Shown here: piece after piece, positions 13,307-28,966 of the stretch
Position numbering within the stretch: the stretch's first letter is position 1
How the letters are laid out: the number at the start of each line of letters is the position of its first letter
From: the human T2T-CHM13v2.0 reference genome, Homo sapiens
Length of the DNA: 64,000 nucleotides
Direction: 5' to 3' (one strand)
Assembly (NCBI RefSeq): GCF_009914755.1
Contig: NC_060930.1
Program-made: the position numbers and the translations under genes
Notes under the pieces: model-generated
What the model was told of the DNA's origin: nothing
The model's database searches: none
The model's input: the letters and a program-made list of their open reading frames with translations, nothing else

Positions 13307-16300
13307 AGCACAATCAGCAAAACCAACGTAACATTACAATTGACTCCACAGAAATACAAAAATTCCCAGGCACTATTGTAGACATCTCTATGCTACAAAC
13401 TAGAAAACCTAGAAGAAATGGATAAATTCCTGGCAAAACACAGCCTCTCGAGATTGAACCAGGAAGAAATTGAAATCCTGAACAAACCAATAATGCATTC
13501 CAAAATTGAGTCACTAATAAAATAAACTACCAATCAAAAGATGCCCTAGATCAGTTGGATTCACAGTCAAATTCTACCGTATGTACAAAGAAGAGCTAGT
13601 ATCAATCATACTAAAATTATTCCAAAAATTAAGAACAAGGGACTCCTCCCTAATTCATTCTATGAAGCCAGAATCATTCTGATGTCAAAACCTGGCAGAG
13701 ACACAACAACAAAACAGAAGCTTTAGGTCCATATCCTTGATGAGCGTAGATGCAAAACTCTGCAACAAAATACTAGGAAAATGAATCCAGCAGCACATCA
13801 AAAAGTTAATTCACCACAATCAAGTAGACTGTATTCCTGGGATGCAAGGTTGCTTCAGCATACACAAATTAATAAATGTGATTCACCACATTAATAGAAT
13901 TAAAAAGAAAAACCACATGATTATCTCAATAGATGCAGAAAAGGCTTTCAATACAATTCAGCATACTTTTGTGTTAAAAACCCTGCACAAATTAGGCATT
14001 GAAGAAAAATATTTCAAAATAATAAGAGCTATATTTGACAAATGACAGCCAATATCATACTGAATGGGCAAAATCTGGAAGCAGTCCCCTTGAGAACTGG
14101 AACAAGACGAGGATAACCAGTCTTACTGCTTCCCTTCAACATACTGTAAGTCCTAGCCAGAGAAATTATGCAAGAGAAAGAAGAGGTCTCTATATAGGAA
14201 AAGAGAGAGTCAAATAATCTCCCTTCACAGATAATAAGATTCTCTATCAAGAACACCTAGTAGGTTTTGCCAGATGGCTCCTAGAACGAATAATTGACTT
14301 CAGTAACCTTTCAGGATACAAAATCAATGTACAAAAATCAGTAGCATTTCTATGCCACATAAACGTCCATGCTGAGAACAAAATCAAGAATGTGATCCCA
14401 TTTATCATAGCCAGAAAAAGAATAAAATACCTAGGAATACAGCTTACTAAGGAGTTGAAAGATTTCTACAATGAGAATTATAAAACATTACTCAAATCAG
14501 AGATGAATCCGGGCTGTCATTGTAAAATTGTGAAGCCTTTGCTGCTGAGCTACAGCATTGGGTAATTTCCATGGCCCTTCTCAGAAGGAGCCTAGAGATC
14601 CAGTTTGGAGCTTGCAGAGGCTTTTAACTGCTCAAGATAATTTTTAGAGCTAACTATGACATGAATTCCAAAATTCCTGTTCTCCAGAAGGCAGAGACTA
14701 AAAGAAAGTACCACCATGTGGTTATAAGGTCAAGCTCCCAAGGACATAGAACAGGAGGAGAGGAGAGCCTCATCCAGATTTTTTTTTCAGGAACCTGCAG
14801 CAAAGTTTATAACTGACTAATTTTCTGGGCTGTCTTGAACAGCAGGTTACAAGGAATCCTAGGACTACATTCTATCCTATGGTACCCCTCTTTTATGACA
14901 GAACAATACAGAAAGACACAAAAAGCACACGAGGTTTGCTACAACCTAAGACTGGCCTCACAAATCCTTTTTCCAATAACTCAAAACTTTGCAAGAGATA
15001 ATGATTTTTTTTTAACCATTCATTCAATTGTTTTGCACAGAGAGAGAAAGGAAAGGGAGGGAGAAAAGTATTGCCTGTGGCAGGGTGGAGAAATTGAGGA
15101 GCTCAGGAAGGCCAGAGAAAGGCCTACCCATTGTAAGCTGACACTGAATCAAAAGTTCAGGTGGCCGCTTATCAGTTGGGAAGGGATATTTTCCAGCAGT
15201 CCCATCAGCTCTCAAGTTTCCCCCTTTAGGGAGAGAAAAACTCCCCATGTCCCATGATCATATTCCAGCTTAAGGAATGAGTTTTTTTCTGGTTTGATAT
15301 CTGTGTGACCTTTACCATTTGTTCATTCTCTTCCCCTCATGAACTGTCTTGAATTTTCCTTTCTCTGAGCATAGAAATGCTGCCTATTTAGACTGGATAG
15401 AGTCTGTTAATAAGAGATTAAAAAAAAAACCTTTTAAAGAGTTAAAAGCCAGCTTAATTAAAAATGAATATTCAAGTTCTAACAGCTTGGGACTCCTTGG
15501 TAAAAACAGAGGAGGTGCCACAGACTCTGTTTTGGGAAAAATCTGTTTGACTCATAAAACCCCAGAAATTGGAAGCAAATAGATTCCTCACAATACAAGG
15601 CTCTCTTCTGTTTTGTATTGTGTTAGCTGATGTTTTTTACTTCTGTGGGTATCAGAAATTATTTCACATTATGAGAGAGCTTTAGTGTATAATAAATTAG
15701 GTAGAAAAATTACTTTTGGAGATGGCTAATAGCAGTTGTGGAGGGATACTAGGCTTCTTGCATGTTTGGATCAGAGATGCATGCTCTTGACCACCAAGGA
15801 AATATGGAAATGTCCCCACTCCCCACTGAGAGATAAGACTCCCACAGAGTTGGGCTGATTCCCCTTTTTTGGATCCAGGATTTGTTACAAAAATGGGACC
15901 CTTAATTTCTGAGTCCTGCTTTGCCTTCCAGCTGTGCCTGCTTATTAGGCCCTAGAAACCGTATGCTTTAAAGAGAAACTTAGAAACTGGCAAATGAAAA
16001 ATATTACAACTACTGGATCTTCTGTCTGTCTGTGTGTTTATATGTGTTGTGTGTGTGATATAAAAGAGCTTCAATTAATTTGTTTAAAAATAATAAGTGT
16101 TCAAATCAAATATTTTGTCTGAAAAAGTATAAAGTATAATGTCTTAGTTCACGTGACTTAAGTAATCTTTGGGAAATAGAAACAGTGTTACATGCAAAGT
16201 ATGTAAGGAAAGTGAAATGTGTTTTTGTAAAAAATTACAAGAAGGCATGGGAATGTGGATTTTTTACCTATACTAAAGAGTAAAAGGATTGTTTTAAGTG

Positions 16301-17321
16301 AAATAGGGAATATTCTAAAGGTTTAAACAAGTTGTAGAAGGTTTATAAAAATATTAATTGTAAAAGAGATTCTGTGTGTGAACATATTGGCTAAAGTTAA
16401 AAGGGTATTCAGTTTTTCTGTAAATTAAACATTGGAATAAAAGTGCAACAGGTTTTTTGTGAGCACTGATCTGCTCTTCAACAAAAACTTGTAAAGGGTT
16501 ATAGAAGGTTTGTGAGAATCTTACCTTTTGGTCAGACATTAAAATTTGATACATTTGTCTATAAGATTTTATTAAGAATTGAGTTTAACATTAATAGTAC
16601 ACTAATGTAAAGGTGAAATTTGGCTTTTTTAGTATAAGAATCATACAGGAACCATTGTCAAATATCAAATGGTCTTTGGCTTTTTGTATGAATATGTTAT
16701 TGTTATGTGTTTCAAACTTATGAGAAACACTTATAATTCTTATATGACTTAGTATATGTTATTAATAATTACAATTGTTATGTAATATAGTTATATGCCA
16801 CAGAAATAACCCAAATTCTTTGTCAATCATGGCTTTAATGGAGGCTGCCCTAAGATATTTTGTTATCCACAGACCATTGTTGTTTTGATCCTCTTTAAAA
16901 GATGGTTTATAATCTGCTATAGGACTCTAACAGGTGCTCTTAAATGCACATTTCTGATAACTTTGGAGATTGTGACATTAGAATAGAGGAAAAATTTCAG
17001 GACTCATGGAAAGCTGAAATGTTCATGAATCTCAGGCAGCACAGGAGTTAACTGCATGGGCTAAACTAATAGAAAACTGAAGTAATCTTTTCAGCTTCTG
17101 GCTAAAAGTGTTGCTGATCCTTTGTTTTGTTTTGCGAAGTCAAGAAAACCCTGTTCTTTTGAGCTATTTACAGCTTTTTAACAATTGAATAGAAAATGTA
17201 CTCCTATGAACAAAATGTGGGGCATATTTATTTCTCTCTACCTGGTTTCTCCAAAATTTGGAAACTATTTGTGAGTATTCTTAACTCATGGCAGTATTTG
17301 TTATTTGCGTAAGTGCAATAA

Positions 17322-17595
<274 letters not shown>

Positions 17596-18671
17596 GCAAG
17601 AATCTGTTTTCTTTTGCAACAGAACACAATTGGAGAAATTGGTTATTTTACCAAGGTATGAGTAGAATGAGGTGCTTTCTTTAACGAATCAAATTTGACT
17701 TATAGAGCCAATGAAAGCCCCCTGGGAAAACTAGCCTGATACCTTGTCTACATAGAACCTGTGCAGAGTTCCTAGCCTGTGGTACATAAAGAATGTTGCT
17801 TTCAGACAGGCCCAGGGGTCCCAAGTTATCTTGGGACCTCAAGAGGAGAGGAATTTACCCAACTCATAAGTATTTGATGGCACAAAGCCATTGTTGGGCT
17901 TGGCTTTTTAAAAAAGTCTTATCTGAGATTACTTATAGAGTTCCATCAAAGCCAATTTTAAACACCTATGTAAAAAATAATTATTCTTGCACTTTATACA
18001 AATAATCAGGCCAAGCATAATAAAGCAAATCAATCTTACCACGATTTGTCTGCGTAAATCTGACACTTGGGAGACTGGAGAGGGAAAAATTATGTTTCAA
18101 GAATTATGTTACACCTGTTTTTAAATTCTAGTCTCCTCAGTTATTTTTAAGGTGTTTTTCCTGTTATTTAGGCTGACCCTGCTTATTCCTCTGAACCAAC
18201 CACTGTTAGGTAATGTAAAAATCTGGATCAGTATTCTAATTTTGGGCACACATTGGAATCAGCTAGCAACCACATTATCAGCTTGGTTCCAACAGTTGTT
18301 CAGTTCATGAAAAACCTTCTTATTTAGTTTACTTAAAATAATTTTGCTTATTTTGTTTTACTGTTGTGGAATATATTGCTGTTGTACTCTTTGTATATGA
18401 ATGCAAGATAAGCTTACTGAATGTTTTCTTAAATTGAACACTTCTTAATCTTCCAGATACCACCTTTTTTTGGAACCCAAGGGTTATGAATGACCCTTAT
18501 CATACTGACACTTTCAGACTGTACTCCTCCCTACCCTGAATACAAGAGACTCTTAATAGTGAAGCAGGAATATCATCACCTTCATTCAGCATGAAGAATT
18601 TACAAAAGATGGATCTTTGTCCTCTGTGACTCTTACAATTAAGGGTTCTCTTATAAAAGGGAGGAGGGAAA

Positions 18672-19133
18672 TATCAGAAGTGTTTGAACCAGAGCAACTC
18701 CATCTTGAATATGGGCTGGGTTAAATAAGGCTAAGACCTCCTGGGCTGCATTCCCAGTAAGTTAAGGAATTCTTAGTCTCAGGATGAGATAGGAGGTTGG
18801 CACAAGATACAGGTCATAAAGACCTTGCTGATAAAACAGATTGCAGTAAAGAAGCTGGCTAAAACCCACCAAAACAAAGATGGCGATGAGAGTGACCTAT
18901 GGTCATTCTCACTGCTACACTCCCACCAGCGCAATGACAGTGTACAAATGCCATGACAATGTCAGGAAGTTACTCTATATGGTTTAAAAAGGGGAGGCAT
19001 GAATAATTCACACCTTGTTTAGCATATATTTAAGAAATAACCATAAAAATGGGCAACTAACTGTCCTCAGGACTGTTCTGCTGGAGTAGCCATTCTTTTG
19101 TTTCTTGCTTCTCTTATAAACTTGTCTTCACTT
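18672..19133 (+). mobile_element. MER41A LTR (U3-R only, U5 missing)
   Basis: tatcagaagtgtttgaaccagagcaactccatcttgaat...ggggaggcatgaataat...ataaacttgtcttcactt. Confidence 0.88.
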
Positions 19134-20806
19134 AAAAAAAGGAAATCAGAGACAACATAAACAAATAAAAAAACATTTCATGCTTATGGATAGGAAGAAT
19201 CAGAATTGTTAAAATGGCCACATTGCCCAAAGCAATTTACAGATTCAGTGATAATTCTATCAAACTGCCAATGCCTTTATACACCAAATTAGAAGAAATT
19301 ATTCTAAAATTCATATGGAACTAAAAAAAGAACCTGAATCACCAGAGCAATCCTAAGCAAAAAGAACAAAGCTGGAGGCATCACACTACCCAACTTCAAA
19401 CTATGCTGCAGGGCTACAGTAACCAAAACAGCATAGTACCATTACAAAAACAGACGCATAAACCAATGGAACAGACTAGAGAATCCAGAAATATAGCCAG
19501 ACACCCACAACCACCAGAGCTTTGACAAAGTCAATAATAACAAACTATGGGGAGAGGACTCCCTAGGCAATAAATGGTGATGGCATAACTGGCTAGCCAG
19601 ATGCAGAAGGTTGAAACTGGACCCCTTCCTTTTATCATATACAAAAATTAACTCAAGATGGATTAGAGACTTAAATGTAAGAACTGAAACAATAAAACCC
19701 CTAAAAGAAAACCTAGGAAATACCATTTTGGACATTGGCCTTGGGAAGTAATTTATGATTGAGTCCCCAAAAGCAATTGCAACAAAAATGAAAATTGACA
19801 AGCAGGACCTAATTAAACAAAAGAGCTTCTGCACAGCAAAAGAAACTATCAACAGAGTAAACAGACAACATACAAAATGTGACAAAATATTCACAAACTA
19901 TGAATCTAACAAAGGTATAATATCCCGAATCTATAAAAAACTTAATTCAACAAACAGAAATAGAAAAAAACGCCCTTTAAAAATGTCCAAAGGACATGAA
20001 CAGAGACACTTCTATAAAAGAAGACATGCACATGGGCAACAAATATAAGAATGAAAATCATCACTAATTAGAGAAATGCAAATTAAAACCACAGTAAGAT
20101 TCCATCTCATGCCAGTCAGAATGACTATCATTAAAAAGTCAAAAAACAGATGATGGCATGCTTACAGAAGAAAAGGAATACATATACACTGCTGGTAAGA
20201 ATGTAAATTAATTCAGCTACTGTGTAAAGCAGTGTGGATGTATCTCAAAGAACTTAAAAAAGAACTGCCATTTGACCCAGCTATTCCACTACTGTGTACA
20301 CACTCAAAGAAAAATAAATTGTTCTGAAAAGATGCATGCACTCATATGTTTATTGCAGCACTAGTAACAATAGCAAAGATACGGAATCAACCAAGATGCC
20401 CATCAGCAGTGGACTGGATAAAGAAAATGTGGCCATAGAACTCTACACAGCCACAAAAGAATGAAACCATGTCCTTTGCAGCAACATGGGATCAGCTGGA
20501 GGGCATTATCCTAAGTGAACTAACACAGGAACAGAAAACCAAATACTGCATGTTCTCACTTACAAGTGGGAGTTAAACATTGAATATACATGGACACAAA
20601 GATAGGAACAATAGACACTGGGTACTATTTGTGGGGAAAGAATGGGAAGAGGTTGTGGGTTGGAAGGCTACCTATTGAGTACTATGCTCACTACCTGGGT
20701 GATGAGATCATTCATTCACCAAGCCTCAGTGATTTACCCATGTGTCAAACGTGTATATTATACCCTCACAATCTAAAATAAAAGTAGAAGGAGAAAAAAA
20801 TAAACT

Positions 20807-20856
20807 CTATATCACTATAAGGAACTACAATCTATATGACTATAAGGAACTGCAAT
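20807..20856. repeat. 25-bp tandem duplication
   Basis: ctatatcactataaggaactacaat / ctatatgactataaggaactgcaat. Confidence 0.85.
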
Positions 20857-21221
20857 AATGAACCACTCCTGCTCCATATTTGAGTACCATACAACAGATC
20901 AATGGTTATGTTCATAGAAATCATAGACTAAGATATTATCCAGTCACTGTTCCAACCTGGTGGGTCAGTGCTAATGTGATCTGCACAAACAGATTAGGAA
21001 GGCACAGTAGTTTCATGCCTCTACTTAATTGAATATTATATATTTCCAGAGTAGGATCAGATAATTTTAGGTTTCATGAGCCATACATGCATCAAAATCC
21101 CACTTTAATAAAATTTTTAATTTTAAGGGCTACAATTCTCAGTAAATAATTACCCTATTTATCAAAATTATTTATACAGTGGCTTGAATGTGAATGAAGT
21201 GTGCCTTAAAAGGCTAGCAAA

Positions 21222-22765
<1,544 letters not shown>

Positions 22766-24029
22766 GAAATCATTCTACCTGTTATTTCTTTTTTGCACTG
22801 GTAAAATGAAAAGTTTAAAATACATAATGTCCAATGAAATTTCCTTTCTGTGTATATCAATTCTAGTTTTGGATTTCAGTTTGGATAATAAATGTTGTTA
22901 AACACACACACAAATTGCAGCTGATAAAAATGAAAAGACTTTCATACATGTTATGATAGGGAAATAAAAGTTCTTACTGTTTTTCTGTGGCAATTAAGTT
23001 GTCATGGGGATATGAGTCTGAACCATAGAAAAGATCTGCTATTCAAGAGCACATTTTCCTTTTTTTAAAAAATTCTCCTTCCCTGTCTTTCCCGGGGGGA
23101 AATGGCTTTCAAGAAATTTAATGAAATTGCAAGAGATGCAATTGGATTTTGAGATACTCCATATTTGGAGACAGAAAGAGGCCAGGGGGTCAAGACATTG
23201 AAAGAAAGAAAGGAATTATTAAAAACAAATAGGTAAAGTTTCATTTTTGAAGTAAATATCTACATTTAGGAATATTTTGTCAATGCAAATGAAGTCCAGT
23301 AAATATAGAATCAATATTTTATAATTTTATCTTCACTTGAAGCTAATATTTTCATACGCAAAATGCAAAATAGTCTCTTAAACTGTTACCTAGTTTTTCT
23401 TTTCAAAAGTTGACAGATGATAGAAAAATTCTTGAATTAAAATACTGTGCTATTGGAATGGGAGTAAACAAACTCAAAACATGTCTGTATGATAATAGAG
23501 GACTTAAAGATTTGCCTCTGCAATTCATTTAAATAACTTTTATCACTGTGATATCATGTGACAAATACTGTTCTGAATCAAGTCCTTAATTTTATTTTTA
23601 TTTATATGGGCAAGAATGTATAGCAATATTTCTGAAATACACTGTTTTAAACCTGGTAACCAAGAGAAGATACTTCAAATGTTTTTCTGTAGAAATATAA
23701 TTATCATTGGAATATTCAAGAAAATGGTGATGCCAAGTTTTAACAGAAAAAGGCAGGTATAAATAAATATATCTATAAGCAATTGAGTAGTTGACTAAAT
23801 ATATAGTGACTACTAATCAAGTTGAACTATTTGTTAGAAGCATATGAGATTATAATTTTTGTTGCTCAAAAATAGCTGAATGTTAGCAATTTCATATATT
23901 TATGTTATCTCCTTTCTCAATTCATTTATATATAAGGATCATAGACATCTATTATTTAGTTTTTCAAGTGAAAATACTATAAAAAGTGAAACTAGAATAT
24001 ATTCCATATCTATTTTTATATATTGTTAC

Positions 24030-24510
24030 ATTTATCAGGGCCCTGAGATACAGGTGACAGAGACCCAACCCAGACTAATTAAATAAAACATAAGAAACAA
24101 AGAGATGGATCCCTTGATTCAGAAATGATGATAGTTTAAGTCTCAGGCAAACCCTCTCCAAGTGACCAGAAGCTCCAAATCTACAAATAAATGATCAATG
24201 ATAAAAAATAAAAATAAGAGCACTCTTTCTTTCATGGTCCATGAATTAATCTCAGAACTGAGATTGATCAGTGTAAATCACAGTTTCCATGCTTAAATCA
24301 TTCATTCTAGTCAAGGGAATAAAGTTGTTTTATTGGCCAGCCTAGTTCTAGGTATTAATCCTGGCAGATGGGAAGCAAGGCCCTATCTAGCTCATGTTTA
24401 GTGTGGGGAGGAAACAGAGCATAACTTCTCTCCCCAAATGTAGCTTCCTATTGTTAGAAGAAATGGAAATGGATACAGGCAGACATAAGTGAGAGAGGTC
24501 CACTGTTACA
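24030..24510 (-). mobile_element. Old MaLR (MLT1-like) LTR
   Basis: caggtgacagagacccaacccagact...ttattggccagcctag resembles the reverse of MLT1J/K-type LTRs. Confidence 0.5.
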
Positions 24511-24684
24511 CTTAGTTTTTCAAAATACATTTAAAATTTCATCTTTAGAATAAAGCTTGCCAAGTATAACATAAAAAGTCCAAGAAGTAACTTTGATGGG
24601 GTTACTTTCAACCTAAAAAAATAATTAGTATATTTAAGAGGCTGGTGCAGCAAAGTGACATTATGATAAAACTTGAAAAATATT

Positions 24685-26163
24685 TTTTCAGTTTGAAATA
24701 ATTATGAATTCATTTTGAAATTGAAAAGATAGTACAGATAGGTTCCATGCATTCTCAATCCAGTTTCCCTTAATGGTTACATCTTATATACTTACAGTTC
24801 AATATAAAATCCAGGAATTTGGCATCAGTGCAATGTGCATGTATATATTTTTATGTCTTTCCATCACATATGTAGCTAGCTTTGTATAATCACTACCTCA
24901 ATCAAGATAAAGAACTATTTCATCACCACAAAGATCTCTCATACTACTCTTTTGTAGTCACCTCCATCCTTCTCCCCTCCAACATCTTCGATCCCTAGCT
25001 ACCGCTAATTTGTGTTTCTTCTCTATCATGTTTTCATTTTGAGAAAGTTATATTAGTAGAAACATGCAGTATGTGACTTAGAAAATAGATACAGGGTGTA
25101 CATTTGCTTATTTGTTACATGGGTATATTGCATGTTGCTGGGGACTAGGCTTCTAGCGTACCCATTACCCAAACAGTGAACATTGTACCCTGTAGGTAAT
25201 CCTTAAGCCCCTGTCCCCATTCCACCTTCCACACATTTGGAGTCCCAGTGTCTATTATTTCCATCTTTATGTGCATGTGACCTTTTTAAATTAGCCTTAT
25301 TTTTCACTCAGTGTAGGGCCCTGAGATCCATACAAGTTGCTGAATGTATCAATAGCTTGCTTCATTTTATTATTGACTGGTATTCCATGGTATGGATGTA
25401 CCACAGTTTGTTTAACCACTGACTTACTGAAGGACATTCTCATTTTTTCCAGCTTTTTGCTGTTATTACAAATGAAGCTGACATGAGCAATCATGTTCAG
25501 ATTTTTTTTGGGGGGGCATGCAAGTTTTCATTCCTCTGAGAAAAATCCATAGAGATACCATTGCTGGGTTGTATGGTATGTGTATGCTTTGTTTTTGAAG
25601 AAACTACTAAATTATTTTCCAAAGTGACTGTATTATTTTACATTTCCATCAACAATGATTGAGACATGCAGTTTTCTCTACATCCTCACCAGCATTTTCT
25701 GTTGTAACTTTTTAGATTTTACCCATTCTGAAAAATATCCCATGATATCTCATTGTGGTTTTCATGTGCATTTTCCTAAAGCTAGTGATGATCATCTTTT
25801 CATGGTCTTCCACCTTTCATGTACTACCCATATATACTTTTTGGTGAAATGTCTATTCATTTGTTTGCCCATTCTCTGACTGAATTGGTATTTCAATGTT
25901 GAATTTTGAGAGTTCTTTGTATAATATAGATAGGAGTCATTTGTCAGGTATGTGTTTTGCAAATATTTTCTCCCAGTCTGTAGCTTGTATTTTCATCCTC
26001 TTTATAGGTTGTTTTGGAGAGCAAACATTTTAAATTTTGATGATGTCCAATTTATTACTTTTTGGAGGGCAAATGTTTTTAATTTTGATGAAGTCCATTT
26101 TGTAAATTTTTTCTTTTGTGAATCATACTTTTGGTGTCGTGTCACAGATTTGCTCACCAGGCC
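24685..26163 (-). mobile_element. L1MC-like LINE-1 3' portion
   Basis: Reverse L1 3'UTR/ORF2 end (gtattccatggtatggatgtaccacagtttgtttaacca; gcaaatattttctcccagtctgtagcttg). Confidence 0.82.
25080..25275 (-). mobile_element. Short 5'-truncated L1PA16/L1PB-type 3' end nested in L1MC
   Basis: tttgttacatgggtatattgcat...ggagtcccagtgtctatt; flanked by atgtgac(t/c)tt duplication. Confidence 0.75.
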
Positions 26164-26169
26164 TTAAAA

Positions 26170-26263
26170 CTCAACCTAAATCTCACATCTTATACAAAAA
26201 TTAACTCAAAATGTATCCTAGGTTAAAATGTAAAATTATAGAACTTTTAGAATATAACATGAA
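26170..26263 (+). mobile_element. Inverted 5' piece of the adjacent L1MC
   Basis: tctcacatcttatacaaaaattaactcaaaatg...atagaacttttagaa is sense ORF2, immediately upstream of where the minus-strand copy stops. Confidence 0.7.
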
Positions 26264-28966
26264 AATTTTTTTCATGTGAAATTGATTTATATTCTCTTTT
26301 CTTGTAAAATTTTTTTTAATGTAAAATTTATTTTCTCTTTAATTTAGGATTGATTTGAGAGTGTAGGAATGTAAGGAAATATTCATAATTTCTTTATGTA
26401 AACTGAAAAGGCAGTTAGTTGAGAATTATTTTGGATTATTTTCAAAGGGTAAGTAATCATCTTTATTTAGCCTGCTCCCTTCCTGACGCGTTAGACAATT
26501 TTAGCAATAGTTGATGAGTTCTTCCCTGATTGCAAAAAGGCATTAAAACTGATAGACACCAAAGTGGTCAAGGCATTTATTTCCATTGTAATAACATGAA
26601 AATCTTATTAATCAAAATGTTTGTGTAATAAGTAGTAATTGTGGTGTTTAAAGATTTCGACTTCAGTTGAAAATTACTGTGATAGAAAACCACTTTTGAG
26701 GTACAGGGCATTTGTCAAAAATATTGGTGGAAAACAGTTTCTCAGTACTCTGTCTTGAGGAGGTGCTGAGTGTTTTATAATAGGAGTATTTTCTACAGAT
26801 TGAAGCAAATGATATCTGTCATAACACAGTGAGGGCCAAACTGAGAGTTGCTGAAAGGAAATGGCCTTTCCTTCCTCCTCAAGCTGTATTTAAAACTTCA
26901 TATTCATTTTTAGTTTGGCTACAGTGGTGTGGAAATTTGCTTCTGACTGACCCATGAAATAAATAAATAAAAATTTACTTCTAGCTGGTTGGTAGGTGAA
27001 TTCAAGATCACCAGTTAAAACAATAACAGCACTGGGAATCGAATAAGGCAGACTTCCTTGGCAAGCATCCTTAATGATTAAGTGTTGGATGAGTATTGAT
27101 CTGGAAATTAAGTCCTAGACTCCTTTTAACGGAGAATGTTTAATCCATAAGAGCTATAACTTATTATAAGCAAAACATCACCTTACCTTTTGGCAGGTTT
27201 TGTAAAAAAGAAAGGTATAGTAGGCTTATGGTACTCTATAGTTTAGTTTTAAATAAAATGGATGTGATTAAATGTAAAAAAATTTGATTACTGACAGGAG
27301 ACCAGAGTTAATTGAACTTAGCAGAGAGCAGAGTTTAGTTCTCCAGGCTACAATATTGACAGAAATTCTCAATGAATCATTAAAAAAACTCAAGTGGGGC
27401 TGGAGTATGTTTGAGCTGTTGCCAGGCTAACCTTGGAGACCCTTTGTTGTAAAGAATAGAATAGTCGTATCACATGGTAGTGCTGATAAGGTAAAGGAGA
27501 GGAGATATTCTTTATTACTGCTGTCAACCTCGTAGAGACAATTGGGAAACATGTTTTTGGTTACTGTGGGTATCTCTTGGGATAGTAGTGACAACTCTCA
27601 CCATCCAGTTTATTAAATCCCAATAGGAATGTTTCCATCATCTCTTTGCAAAAAAATTGTTAGATGTAACATTTTCCAGAAGTACTGGAAAATTTATTTA
27701 TGAGCCAAAAATAAGAGTGAAATTGACTAGAAGCAGAAAGTCCCTGTCCAAGCTAAGGAAATGCAAAAAGTAAACAAATGGTATAAATAGCAAAAGAATG
27801 TAAGTCTGTGGTTAGCAGTGACATCTGAATGTCCAGTTTAAAGTTTTGTGCTTTATTCCCAACCCTAGTTACAAAGTGAATGAAACTGACACAATATAAA
27901 TATCTGAATCTTCTGATTCTTCTTTAATTAAATGAACATTCCCTTAATATGTGATTCTGAAATGTTTTGAGATTTCAATGTCAGAAATGATTGTCTGTGT
28001 CAAAAGCAACTCATTCTAATTGCTCCTTTTAAGTTCATGTTGCACATAATTGTATGTTCTCTTAACCTAGGCACCCCAAAGAGGCTTTTATTGTGAGTCA
28101 TAGATTCTCCAATCCTGAATTATGTTGGTTGGTGCTATTAATTACCATTTGAAAAATCATTGATGGGGATGCTTAAGGAAACTTGTTTGATTTAGTTTTG
28201 TTTTTGGTCTTAAATCTTTAGGATATTCATTTTCAAATGCAAATGTTCATAACCTAACAGACATGAAATATTTTCAGGTTTCTTTCTACAACTTCTTTGA
28301 GTAGAGATTCTCCCAGGTACTGGTTACCTTGAATATTACTGAATAAAGATTTTTTTTAAAAAAGAAATGTTACTATCAATACCATGTAATTTACCTGTTA
28401 ATCATGTAATATTTTGAAAGTACAGCAACTAACTATGATACTATAATACAGGCATTTTTGTTCTAACACTTTGGAAAAGAGATTAGCATTACGGATGATT
28501 TAGATTCATGTTTTGATAGTAAAGGTATCTGTTGAAATATATAGCAGTTCATTTATTTTACATCCTGTATTTAAAATTCTATGATTATATTGGCTCTAAT
28601 TTTAAAATGTGTTACAAAACTTATAGTACATATCTTTAATTGCAAGCCCTTATTATTTTACAATACCTAATGAAAATGATCAGTTATGCTCATTTCTACA
28701 CAAGGTGATATAATAAGACACAAAAATGAGTGAAACAGGTGTTAAATCTCTTTCCCTCACACTGGGGTCATCATCTGCTTTTTTGAAGTATATTTTGTAC
28801 AAAGAAAAAGATATTGGAAGAGAGTCATTGTTAGTCTAAAATTTCTTGCCTGGCTGTATTTTGGAAAAATATTACACTAGTCCTTTCTCCTTTCCTTTCT
28901 GTATCTCTTCTATTTATAACTATTTTACAACTATTTAAAAATGACTTAGAGTTTAACTGGCCTAAA

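Noticed and set aside
14835-15257. 140-aa ORF
   Set aside because: Lies antisense in the inverted ERV leader, starts at TTG and has no gag/pol/env motifs.
19442-19894. 150-aa hydrophobic minus-strand ORF resembling a membrane protein
   Set aside because: Antisense of A-rich L1 ORF2; the hydrophobicity is a T-rich codon artefact.
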